In this document: positions 26,927 to 35,823 of the stretch, piece after piece
How positions within the stretch are numbered: the first letter of the stretch is position 1
Layout of the letters: each line of letters starts with the position of its first letter
Assembly (NCBI GenBank): GCA_963740785.1
Contig: CAVUFO010000014.1
Span: 156,605-220,604, forward strand
Reading direction: 5' to 3'
Length of the DNA stretch: 64,000 nucleotides
Origin: an uncultured Actinomycetota bacterium
Lineage (GTDB): Bacteria > Actinomycetota > Actinomycetes > Streptosporangiales > Streptosporangiaceae
The notes under the pieces: generated by a model
The model's input: only the letters and a program-made list of their open reading frames with translations
Told to the model about the DNA's origin: nothing
The model's database searches: none
Program-made: the position numbers and the translations under genes

Positions 26927-29900
26927 ATGGAATTTCGGGTCCTCGGGCCGACGGAGCTGTGGTTGGCCGGACAGCAACGTGACCTGGGTCCAGCCAGGGA
27001 GCGCGGTGTCCTGGCGATCCTGCTCCTGACACCTGGGACGATCGTTCCCGCCGAGACCCTGATCGACAGGCTCTGGGACGCCCAGCCGCCCGCGAAAGCA
27101 CGCGAGAGCTTGTCCGTCTACGTCGCGAGGCTGCGGGCATCCCTCCGGCAGGCACTCGGGGACAGCGTCAGGCTGGCTGGGCGCCTCAGCGGCTACGCGC
27201 TCGACGTCGATCCCGAGGCCGTCGACCTGCATCAGTTCCGCCAGCTGCGCCGCCGGGCGGACGCCCTGGTGGCCGGCGGTGACCATGACGGCGCTGCTCA
27301 GCTGCTGCGCGAGGCCGACGGGCTCTGGCGCGGGCAGGCGCTGGCCGGGATCCGCGGTGACTGGATGGCGCGGATGAGGCACAGCCTCGAGGAAGAGCGC
27401 AGGGCCGCGATGCTGCAGCGCGTCGAGTGTGACCTCGAGCTTGGCCGGCATGCCGATCTCGTTGGTGAGCTCCGCGGCCTGCTCGCCCAGTATCCGCTCG
27501 ACGAGACGCTCGTCGGGCACCAGATGGAGGCCCTGTACCGGTGCGGCAGGCCGGGTGACGCCCTGAGCCTGTACCGGGAGACGCGCAGCCGCCTGGTCTC
27601 CGAGCAAGGCACCGAGCCGGGTCCGGCGCTGTCCGAGCTCCATCAGCGGATCCTGCGCCAGGACCGGCCGCCAGCCGTCCGTGCGGGTACCCAGCGCCGG
27701 GGCCAGGCGGCGGAGCGGGACACGCTGCCGCCCGAGCCGCCGGAGTTCGTGGGCCGCAACGAGGAACTCGCGCTGCTGGCAGGCGAGCATGGCGATAAGC
27801 CCAGGGTCAGCGTGATCGAGGGCATGCCAGGGGTCGGGAAGACCGCTCTCGCGGTCCGCGCGGCCCGCATGGTCGCTGACCACTACCCGGACGGCGTCTT
27901 CTACCTCGATCTCCAGGCGCACGACCCGGGCTCCCCGTCCCTGGACTCGGCCGACGCGCTGCATCGCCTGCTCAGGATGCTCGGCGTGCCCGCGACCCAG
28001 ATCCCCGAGTCGATCGGCGAGCGCGCCGCGCTGTGGCGGGCCCAGCTCAGCAGGCGGCGCGCCGTTGTCATCCTGGACGACGCCGCGCCGCATGATCAGG
28101 TACGTCCGCTGCTGCCGGGTGCGGGGCGGAGCCTGATCCTCATCACCGCCCGGCGCAGGCTGCCCGACCTTGACGGCGCCGACGTGCTGACCCTCGATGT
28201 CCTCTCACCAGAAGAGGCCGTCACGCTGTTCGCCCGGATCGCGGGCCTGGGCGGCGGCGGGGACGAGGACGTGCTGACGACAGCGGCCGCGTTGTGCGGG
28301 CGGTTGCCGCTTGCCATTCAGCTCACCGCGGGGAGGCTGGCACAGGCCGAACCCCGCCCGCGCAGCCTCGCCGACCTCGTGGCCGAGCTGTCCAGGCCGC
28401 CCGCCAGGATCGGCGACACGGGCGCCGCGAGCGCTGAAGTGCTCGCGGCCTTTGAGCTGTCCTACCGGGCGCTCGAACCGGACCATCAGCGGTTCTTCCG
28501 GCGCCTCGGCGTGAATCCGTGCGCGCGGGTCAGCCGTGCAGCAGCGGCGGCGCTTGGCGGCAGCACGCTGGCCGAAGCTGACCGGGCGCTGCGCGCACTG
28601 CGCGATCACCACCTGCTCGTCCAGGTCGACGAGGGCCAGTTCCGGTTCCATGACCTCATCCGCGAGTTCGCGTCGGTCCGCGCCGAGGAAGAGGAATCCG
28701 GGTCGGAGCGGCGGCAGGCGGTCGGCAGGCTCCTCGACTTCTATGTGCACGCCGCGGACGGGGCCGACCGGGTGCTCCAGCCGTTCCGGCACCGCATGCC
28801 CGCGCCGGTCAAGAATCCGCCCGCGGCCAGTCCTGCGCTTACCACGACGGAGGCCGCGGCAGCCTGGCTGGAATCAGAATGGCGGAATATCCTGCAGCTC
28901 GCGCAGTACGCGGGCAGGCATGAATGGAAGCGGCAATGCGCTGACCTTACGCATCTGCTGGCGGCCTTCGTCGATATCAGCGGCTACTGGGACGAGGCGA
29001 TCGCTGGCCACACGCTCGCGCTTCAGGCTGCCCGTGATCTCGACGACCAGGCCAGGATCGCTCGGGCGTCGCTCGAGCTCAGCATTGTGAGCCAGCAGAC
29101 CGGGCGGCATGAGGCCACGTTGAGCCTCGCCGAGGACGCGGCGGCGGTCTACCGGTCGCTCGGCGACGACCGCGGGCTCGCCGAGGCTCTCGACCAGATC
29201 GGCCTGGTCAACCAGCGTGCCGCCCGCTCCCGCGAGGCGCTGGCGTACTTCAGCGAGTCCGGGACCTTGTACGGCGACGCCACGGACCAGCACGGCAGGG
29301 CCGTTGCACTCAGTCACGCGGGCATCGCCTGCTGGCACCTGGGCCGCTATCCGGACGCCATGAACCAGTTGCGCGAGGCGCTGTCGCTCTACCGCGACGT
29401 GGGTGACCGGCGCGGCGAGGCGAAGACGCTCAATAACCTCGGCAAGATGCAGCTGCATTGCGGCCGCCACAGGGACGCGCTGGAAAGCTACGAGCAGTCG
29501 CTGCGGATATTCGGCGAAATCGGCGGAGCGCAGAACCAGGCGATCCTGTATCACAATATTGGCAGCGTCTACCATTACAAGGGCAGCTACGAGAAAGGGC
29601 TGTCCGCATACCAGCACGCGCTCGCTATCTACCGCGCCATCGGTGATCTTCCTGACGAGGCTGACGTTCTCAACGACATCGGCGCCATCTACCAGGCCGC
29701 GGAATGCTACGACGAGGCGCTGATCCACTACGAGCAGGCGAGGCTGATCGCCGAGGACATCGGGAACCTCGCGCAACAGGTGATGGCGCTTCGCGGGATA
29801 GCCGACGTCCGGCGCGGGTCAGGCCGCTGCACCGAGGCCTCCGGCAGCTACGAGGCGGCGCTCGCCCTCGCCAGGCAGATCGGCGATCCCTACGAGGAGG

Positions 29901-30082
29901 CCAAGGCGCTCGAGGGAATCGCCGAGACGATGCTCAGCACGCACCGGCCGCACGCGGCGCGGATCGCGTTCCGCCAGGCGCTGGACATCTTCGAGCGGCT
30001 CGGGGTGCCAGAGGCCGAGTCGGCCAGGATCAGGCTGGAGACGACGGGCCCGCAGCCAGCCATCGGGCGCCGCCCGGCCTGA
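26927..30082 (+). CDS. AfsR/SARP-family regulator (OmpR-type wHTH + BTAD + NB-ARC ATPase + TPR)
   Basis: MEFRVLGPTELWLAGQQRDLGPARERGVLAILLL...LIDRLW (SARP wHTH). BTAD segment (LHQFRQL...ALYRCGRPGDALSLYRETRSRL). P-loop GMPGVGKTALA. The C-terminal half consists of TPR repeats (LNNLGKMQLHCGRHRDALESYEQSL and similar). Confidence 0.92.
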   Translation: MEFRVLGPTELWLAGQQRDLGPARERGVLAILLLTPGTIVPAETLIDRLWDAQPPAKARESLSVYVARLRASLRQALGDSVRLAGRLSGYALDVDPEAVDLHQFRQLRRRADALVAGGDHDGAAQLLREADGLWRGQALAGIRGDWMARMRHSLEEERRAAMLQRVECDLELGRHADLVGELRGLLAQYPLDETLVGHQMEALYRCGRPGDALSLYRETRSRLVSEQGTEPGPALSELHQRILRQDRPPAVRAGTQRRGQAAERDTLPPEPPEFVGRNEELALLAGEHGDKPRVSVIEGMPGVGKTALAVRAARMVADHYPDGVFYLDLQAHDPGSPSLDSADALHRLLRMLGVPATQIPESIGERAALWRAQLSRRRAVVILDDAAPHDQVRPLLPGAGRSLILITARRRLPDLDGADVLTLDVLSPEEAVTLFARIAGLGGGGDEDVLTTAAALCGRLPLAIQLTAGRLAQAEPRPRSLADLVAELSRPPARIGDTGAASAEVLAAFELSYRALEPDHQRFFRRLGVNPCARVSRAAAAALGGSTLAEADRALRALRDHHLLVQVDEGQFRFHDLIREFASVRAEEEESGSERRQAVGRLLDFYVHAADGADRVLQPFRHRMPAPVKNPPAASPALTTTEAAAAWLESEWRNILQLAQYAGRHEWKRQCADLTHLLAAFVDISGYWDEAIAGHTLALQAARDLDDQARIARASLELSIVSQQTGRHEATLSLAEDAAAVYRSLGDDRGLAEALDQIGLVNQRAARSREALAYFSESGTLYGDATDQHGRAVALSHAGIACWHLGRYPDAMNQLREALSLYRDVGDRRGEAKTLNNLGKMQLHCGRHRDALESYEQSLRIFGEIGGAQNQAILYHNIGSVYHYKGSYEKGLSAYQHALAIYRAIGDLPDEADVLNDIGAIYQAAECYDEALIHYEQARLIAEDIGNLAQQVMALRGIADVRRGSGRCTEASGSYEAALALARQIGDPYEEAKALEGIAETMLSTHRPHAARIAFRQALDIFERLGVPEAESARIRLETTGPQPAIGRRPA

Positions 30083-30199
30083 CCCCGCCAGCGCGGGCCA
30101 CCGGTCACCGCCGATGCAAGGCAAGCATCAAGCCAGATGTAAGACAACCGTCCTGGTGTGCCGCAGACGATGAGGGCGCGGCTAACCCGGGAGGTCTTT

Positions 30200-31405
30200 G
30201 TGAGCCTGCTGCCTGACACGCGATCGTACGCCCCTGATCTCGCCCTCGACAGCCTGCTCGTCAGCGCCGAGCGGTTCGTCACCGAGTTCCACTGCGAGAA
30301 CCACGCCGGATCGCCTGACCGGCGGCTGCGCCAGGTCAGGCGGGAGGTCGGCGCGACGGGCACCTACCGGCACACCGCGGCGGAGCTCGAGTTCGGCGCG
30401 CGCGTCGCCTGGCGCAACAGCGCGCGATGCATCGGCCGGCTGTACTGGAAGAGCCTGCGCGTGCGTGACCGGCGCGAGGTCTCGGCCGCGCCAGACGTGG
30501 CGGCCGAGTCGGTCACGCACCTGCGCGAGGCGACGAACGGCGGGCGGATCAGGCCTGTCATCACGGTGTTCGCGCCGGACGCGCCAGGCAGGCCCGGCCC
30601 GCGGATCCTCAACTCGCAGCTCGTCAGGTACGCGGGCCACGCGCCCGCCGGCGGAGCGGCGATCACGGGCGACCCCGCGAGCGCTGATCTCACCAGGCTG
30701 GCGCGCGACCTCGGCTGGCAAGGTGGCAGCCCGCCCGGCCGGTTCGACGTGCTCCCGCTGATCGTCCAGGCGCCCGGCGCGTGTCCCACGCTGCACGAAC
30801 TGCCAGCGGACGCGGTGCTGGAGATCGCCATCGGGCACCCGGAGTTCGGCTGGTTCGCCGATCTCGGGCTGCGCTGGTACGCCGTGCCCGTGATCAGCGA
30901 CATGTACCTCGAGATCGGCGGGGTCTGCTATCCGGCAACGCCGTTCAACGGCTGGTACATGGGCACCGAGATCGGGTCACGGGACTTCGGCGATACCGGC
31001 CGCTACGATCAGCTGCCGGTCATCGCCACGCGCATGGGCCTGTCGACGGCCAGCGACCGGACGCTGTGGAAGGACAAGGCGCTGACCGAGCTCAACCTTG
31101 CCGTGCTGCACTCGTTCAGCGTCGCGGGCGTCACGATCGCCGACCACCACACCGAGTCCGTACGCTTCCTGCGGCACCTCGAGCGCGAGGAGCGGCAGGG
31201 CAGGGCGTGCCCGGCCGACTGGACGTGGATCGTGCCGCCAGCAGCGTCGTCGGCGACGCCGGTCTTCCATCGCTACTACCAGAACTTCGACCAGACGCCG
31301 AACTTCTACCGGCACATGCCGCCAGCCGGTCAGCCGGCCGTGTTAGCGGCGGGCCCGAGCAGCGGCGTGCCGCCAGGACGCATCAGGCCGGCCTTCATGA
31401 GCTAA
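30200..31405 (+). CDS. nos: Bacterial nitric-oxide synthase, oxygenase domain
   Basis: WRNSARCIGRLYWKSL (heme-thiolate Cys loop), RPVITVF, NGWYMGTEIGSRDF, ADHHTES and DWTWIVPP. The GTG at 30200 was chosen (GGGAGG 5 nt upstream); the ORF track start at 30158 is also possible. There is a TTA codon at 31342. Confidence 0.92.
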   Translation: MSLLPDTRSYAPDLALDSLLVSAERFVTEFHCENHAGSPDRRLRQVRREVGATGTYRHTAAELEFGARVAWRNSARCIGRLYWKSLRVRDRREVSAAPDVAAESVTHLREATNGGRIRPVITVFAPDAPGRPGPRILNSQLVRYAGHAPAGGAAITGDPASADLTRLARDLGWQGGSPPGRFDVLPLIVQAPGACPTLHELPADAVLEIAIGHPEFGWFADLGLRWYAVPVISDMYLEIGGVCYPATPFNGWYMGTEIGSRDFGDTGRYDQLPVIATRMGLSTASDRTLWKDKALTELNLAVLHSFSVAGVTIADHHTESVRFLRHLEREERQGRACPADWTWIVPPAASSATPVFHRYYQNFDQTPNFYRHMPPAGQPAVLAAGPSSGVPPGRIRPAFMS

Positions 31406-31528
31406 GTCCGCCGTGGCGCCCAGGCTCGCCCGCCTCGCCGCTGACCAGGACAAGCCGGCCGTGGCCAGCCTGCACCTCATCGTTCCATCCGCGCAGGCCG
31501 GCCACCGCGGCGTCGCGCTCTCCCGGGG

Positions 31529-32065
31529 TCATGGGCGGGCGGCCGGCACGGCTGGCAGCCGGTAAATGGCGATGGGGGCATCACTGGGCTCCGTCGCCAC
31601 TCGCCGGACCTCGACGAGCTCGAATCCGTTCTTCTCAAGCACGCGGCGCGAGGCGATGTTGGCCGCGTCAGGCCCGGCCAGCACGCCGGCGCCGGGCAGC
31701 TGGCGCCTGATCTCCGCAACCAGGACAGCGACCAGCTCGGTGCCAGTGCCGCGTCCGATCCACGCGGGGTCACCGATCGCGTAGTCAATCCCGGCTTCGC
31801 CGTCGCGAGCGCCCATCGCGGCTTCCTCGTCGGGGTAGTCCGCCCAGCGATACCACTGGCACCAGCCAATGGGCCTGCGGCCGCACAGGACGGTCAGCAT
31901 GATGGTGTCACCGAGCCCGCCGGGCCCGATCCGCAGCCGGTACCTGGCTAGCTCTGCCTCGGCCGTGGTGTCAGGGGTCCACCAGCGGGCCACGTGCGGC
32001 AAGCGCAGCCACGCGGCGATGCCCGGGAGGTCCTCCTCGGCCATCGGCGACAGGCTGAGCGTCAC
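31529..32065 (-). CDS. GNAT N-acetyltransferase (AAC(6')/Acetyltransf_8-like)
   Basis: LSPMAEEDLPGIAAWLRLPHVARWW...IDYAIGDPAWIGRGTGTELV...ANIASRRVLEKNGFELV. Confidence 0.8.
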   Translation of the reverse strand: MTLSLSPMAEEDLPGIAAWLRLPHVARWWTPDTTAEAELARYRLRIGPGGLGDTIMLTVLCGRRPIGWCQWYRWADYPDEEAAMGARDGEAGIDYAIGDPAWIGRGTGTELVAVLVAEIRRQLPGAGVLAGPDAANIASRRVLEKNGFELVEVRRVATEPSDAPIAIYRLPAVPAARP

Positions 32066-32225
32066 CTGGCCACGCTACAGCCGGTTAACCAGCCCGGCGG
32101 CCGTCCAGGGTGCGCGCTGACGCTGACTTGTCCGCGAAGCGCCGGCGTGCGGTGCGGAGGTGCATGACAGGACACCTACCTCGCGGCGGTGCGGCGGTTC
32201 GCGGACCGCGTCACCGCGTGACCTG

Positions 32226-32690
32226 CTAAGCCGGCTGCGGAACCGCCGGATGGGCGGCGATCAGCAGCAGCGCGTCGAGCAGCCGCCACCAGTCTGGCTC
32301 GGCCACGTCCCTGCCGATAGCATCCGCGAGCGCCGCGAGCGCCGCCACGATCCTGGGCGTGAACTCCTCGGCGTTCTGCCCCCGCGATCTGGCCATGACG
32401 CCGGCCGTCCGCCGGAATCGCGCGGTCCGCCCGAGCCTGACAAGCGACGCGGGTACCTGCGGCGGCGCCGCGTCGTTCGTCGCGCCGTCCGCGACGAGCG
32501 TCACCACCAGCCGCATGCCCAGCGCGTCCGCGAGCCGGGACAGCGCCGCGGTGGTCGGATTTCCCCTGCCGTTCTCCAGGTTGGCAATGTAGGGAACCGA
32601 GAGTCCGGCATCGGCCGCCACGGACGCGACAGTCCGGCCGGCCGCGGTGCGCTGTGCTCGCAGCTGACGGCCGATCGCGAGATCTTCCAT
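32226..32690 (-). CDS. XRE-family HTH transcriptional regulator
   Basis: IGRQLRAQRTAAGRTVASVAADAGLSVPYIANLENGRGNPTTAALSRLADALG. Confidence 0.85.
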   Translation of the reverse strand: MEDLAIGRQLRAQRTAAGRTVASVAADAGLSVPYIANLENGRGNPTTAALSRLADALGMRLVVTLVADGATNDAAPPQVPASLVRLGRTARFRRTAGVMARSRGQNAEEFTPRIVAALAALADAIGRDVAEPDWWRLLDALLLIAAHPAVPQPA

Positions 32691-32741
32691 GCACGTCCTA
32701 TCTTGACTGTGCTGTATCTTGACGAAGCAATAATCGCCTGA

Positions 32742-32760
32742 TCTATTCTGACAGAATAGA
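32742..32760. promoter_or_regulatory. 19-bp perfect palindrome TCTATTCTG-A-CAGAATAGA; candidate operator between the XRE regulator and the MFS gene
   Basis: Read directly. Just upstream are two direct TATCTTGAC repeats (32698 and 32715), each containing a -35-like TTGAC. Confidence 0.5.
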
Positions 32761-32779
32761 CAAGATCGAGGCGGCAGTC

Positions 32780-33990
32780 ATGTTCCACGCTCTGCGCGTC
32801 AGGGATTTCCGGCTGCTCTGGAGCGGGGACCTGATCAGCTCGCTCGGATCCTGGGTGCTGATCCTGGCCGTTCCGGCTCACGTCCTGCTCGTGACCGGTT
32901 CGCTGCGTGCCAGCGGACTGACGCTCGCCGCGCAGTATGCGCCCATGCTCGTCCTTGGCCCGGTCGCCGGCGTCTGCGCAGACCGGTGGGACCGGCGGCA
33001 CTTGCTGATCGCGGCCGATCTCGTCCGTGCGGGCGCCGTCGCGGCGATGCTGGCCGGCCTGTCGCCAGGTCGCTTGTGGATCGTGTTCGTTGCCCTGGTC
33101 ACCGAGAGCAGCGCCGGCGTGCTGTACGCGCCAGCCAGTCAGGCACGCACGCCGGTCATCGTCGGCACCGGGCCGCTTCTGGCCAGCGCCAACTCGCTGT
33201 ACGCGGCGACCGACGGCGTGGTGCGGCTAATCGGGGGCCCGCTGGGCGGCATCCTGCTGGTCTCCATCGGCATCCGGTGGCTCATCGTCGCCGATGCTGT
33301 CAGCTACCTGGTCTCGGCCGGCGCGATCGCGCTGACGTCGAGAGCAGACGCCGCGAGCGGCGACGCCCGCGAGCAGGCGACGATCGCGGCACTGGTCCGC
33401 GACCTGACCGACGGGCTGCGTGCGCTTCGCGATGACCGGTTCGCCAAAGCGCTGCTCCCGGTGACCGTGATCTTCCTGGCAGCCAACGCGTCGCTCAGCG
33501 CCGTCCTGATCCCGTTCGGCGTGCGGCGCCTTGGTGGTGTCCCGCACACGGGGTTGTTGCTGTCCTGCCTGGGTGCGGGGTTCCTGGCGGGCGCGCCAGT
33601 GCTGCGCGCGCTCGTTGACCGGGTCCGGCCGCGCATCTTGCTCCCGGTGACGCTGACCGGCACCGCCGCGGGCTACTTCGCGCTGTTCACGGCGGGCGGG
33701 CTCGCCGCGGCGCTGCCCGCCGCTGTATTGATCGGCCTGTTCGGCTCCATGTCGGAGATCATCCCGCTGACCGCCGTGCAGCGGGCTGTCGCCAGCGCGG
33801 TGCTCGGCCGGGTCTGCGCGGTGTTCCTGACCTGCGAGGCGGCTGCCACGCTGATCGGCTCGGCGGCCGGGCCGTTTCTCGCTCAGGCGGCGCAGTTCTC
33901 CCGCCTCGCGGCCGTTGCCAGCGCGGCCACCGTCTGCGCCGCGGCGCTGGCGCTGCTGCGGGTACCGTCGGCTGGCCATGGGCGGCGTGG
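32780..33990 (+). CDS. MFS transporter (EntS/MFS_3-like); the 3' end is unresolved
   Basis: MFHALRVRDFRLLWSGDLISSLGSWVL... with about 12 predicted helices ending near ...AALALLRVPSAGHG. The formal ORF has no in-frame stop until 34282, and that tail is antisense to the APC gene. The end coordinate given is approximate. Confidence 0.75.
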
Positions 33991-33994
33991 ACCG

Positions 33995-35200
33995 GCGGCT
34001 CCACGCGGAATAGCAGCAGGTAGTGAGCGCGAGGGCGGCCGGGGCCAGGAGCGCCCAGCCGCAGTACGGGAGCATCGCGAGGACGGCGAGCGACGCGACG
34101 CCGGCGGCCAGGCGGACGGCGCCGCGCAGCACACGGGTGGCGGCGAGCATGCTGCCCAGGTACACGGTGATGAACAGCGCGGTCGGCAGCGTGACCAGCG
34201 ACACCGTGCTCACCAGCCTGAGCCCGTACAGCGTGATGAGCACCAGCCCCGCCGCCGCGATCGCCGCGAGGAAGAGCGGTGACCGGGCCCTGGTCAGCTG
34301 GCGCGCCATCACCACGGCGCCGCTGACATAGGCGTTGACCGCCCCGACCGTGAGCACCACGGCGGCGGCGGCCGCGGCGATGCTGCCTGCCGGGCCCGCC
34401 GCGACCCTGAGCAGGTCAGCGAGCGGAACGGGGCCGGCCGCTGCCCGGCCGAGCACGCTGATCGTCGCGATGGCCAGGCCGAGGTAGAGCGCGGACGTGA
34501 CCGCCAGCGCGATCGCGATCACCCTGGGCAGCTGCCTGGCCGGGCTCGCGAACCGCGTCGTGAGCGGCGCGACGGCCTCCCAGCCCACGAACGACAGCAT
34601 CAGCGTGGTCGCGGCGTGCCCGACGGACATCCAGCCGTGCGGCGCGAACGGGCTCCAGTTGGCGGCACGGGCCGACGGAGCTGACCCGATGACGGCCACC
34701 GCCACGACCGCGATCAGCAGCGCGACAAGCACCAGCTGCGCGCCTGCGCTCGCGCGCAGCCCCGCGGCCGACAGGCCGAGCACGACGAGCAGCAGCAGCG
34801 CGGCCACCGCGGCGCGCACCGGCAGGCCGCCGCCGGTCAGCGTCGTGACGTAGCTCGCTCCGATCAGGCAGACGATCGGGGCGCCGCCCGCGACACCCGT
34901 CAGGAAGCACCAGCCGGCCACCCGGCCGGTCCGCTGGCCGAGTCCCGCGGCGACGTAACCCATGATCCCGCCCGCCTGCGGGAAACGCCGGCCCAGCCCG
35001 GAGAAGACGGCGGCGAACAGCCCGGACAGGCCGAGCAGCGCGAGCCAGGCCACGATCGACGCGGGGCCAGCCTCGGCCGCGGCGAGCCCTGGCAGCAGGA
35101 GCAGCCCCGGGCCGAGCAGGGCGCCGATGTAGAGCGCGGACCCCCGCGTCGTGGTGAGATTTCCGAGCGTCTTCGGGCGGAGAACAGGTGCTTTCGTCAT
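33995..35200 (-). CDS. APC-family amino-acid permease; the 3' end is unresolved
   Basis: MTKAPVLRPKTLGNLTTTRGSALYIGALLGPGLLLLPGLAA... with about 12 helices ending near ...LALTTCCYSAW. The formal ORF runs to 33227 as an Arg-rich tail antisense to the MFS gene. The lower coordinate is approximate. Confidence 0.75.
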
Positions 35201-35289
35201 GGTCTAAGCCTTGCCGAAACCGGCTCGCACGCGATGGCAAATATGCGACCGGATAGCCTGACGGCGGCATGTTGTTGCGTTAGATCGCC

Positions 35290-35784
35290 TTGTATGCTTC
35301 TTTCATGCCGGAGCACACGCCAGACCGCGTGGATCGTGCCATCGTGACGACGCTGCAGCGAGACGGGCGGATCGCCAACGTCGATCTCGCCGGTGCGGTC
35401 AGCCTGTCGCCGTCGGCGTGCTTGCGGCGGGTCAAGGCGCTGGAGGCAAGCGGCATCATCGCCGGCTATCACGCCGAGGTCAGCAGGGCGCGGGCCGGGC
35501 TGGGCCTGACGGTCTTCATCGGCCTGCGGGTCTCCGGGCATTCCCAGGAAACCTCATCGGAGATCGAACGGCAGCTGCTGGCCATCCCGGCGGTCGTCGC
35601 CTGCTACCTGATCTCGGGGAACGACGACTTCCTGGTCGAAGCCGCGGTGCCGGACCTGGGCGGCTACGAGCAGCTGTTGCTCGGGCAGATCCTGGCGATC
35701 CCCGCTGTCGTCGAGGCGCACAGCACGTTCGCGATCAGGACCGTGCTGAGCGGCGGCCCTGTGCCGCTCGGCCACTGGCGGTAA
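35290..35784 (+). CDS. Lrp/AsnC-family transcriptional regulator
   Basis: DRVDRAIVTTLQRDGRIANVDLAGAVSLSPSACLRRVKALEASGII plus a RAM domain. It is divergent from the APC permease. The start could be the ATG at 35305. Confidence 0.88.
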   Translation: MYASFMPEHTPDRVDRAIVTTLQRDGRIANVDLAGAVSLSPSACLRRVKALEASGIIAGYHAEVSRARAGLGLTVFIGLRVSGHSQETSSEIERQLLAIPAVVACYLISGNDDFLVEAAVPDLGGYEQLLLGQILAIPAVVEAHSTFAIRTVLSGGPVPLGHWR

Positions 35785-35823
35785 CGCGCGGCGGCCCGTA
35801 GCTCGCGACAGGGTGTTCACGCA

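Noticed and set aside
26837-29776. Minus-strand ORFs 26837..28093 and 28874..29776, antisense to the SARP gene
   Set aside because: They are shadow ORFs. The plus strand carries a continuous wHTH-BTAD-NB-ARC-TPR protein.
25982-32065. A thaxtomin- or rufomycin-like nitrated-peptide biosynthetic gene cluster
   Set aside because: No NRPS, MbtH, P450 or tailoring genes are present. Only the NOS and a regulator match, so calling it a known BGC type is unsupported.
31529-32690. XRE regulator plus GNAT as a GNAT-toxin/antitoxin pair
   Set aside because: The genes are 160 bp apart. The GNAT has AAC(6')/Acetyltransf_8 motifs rather than TacT/AtaT-like features, and the XRE protein is larger than typical antitoxins. 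This is not convincing.
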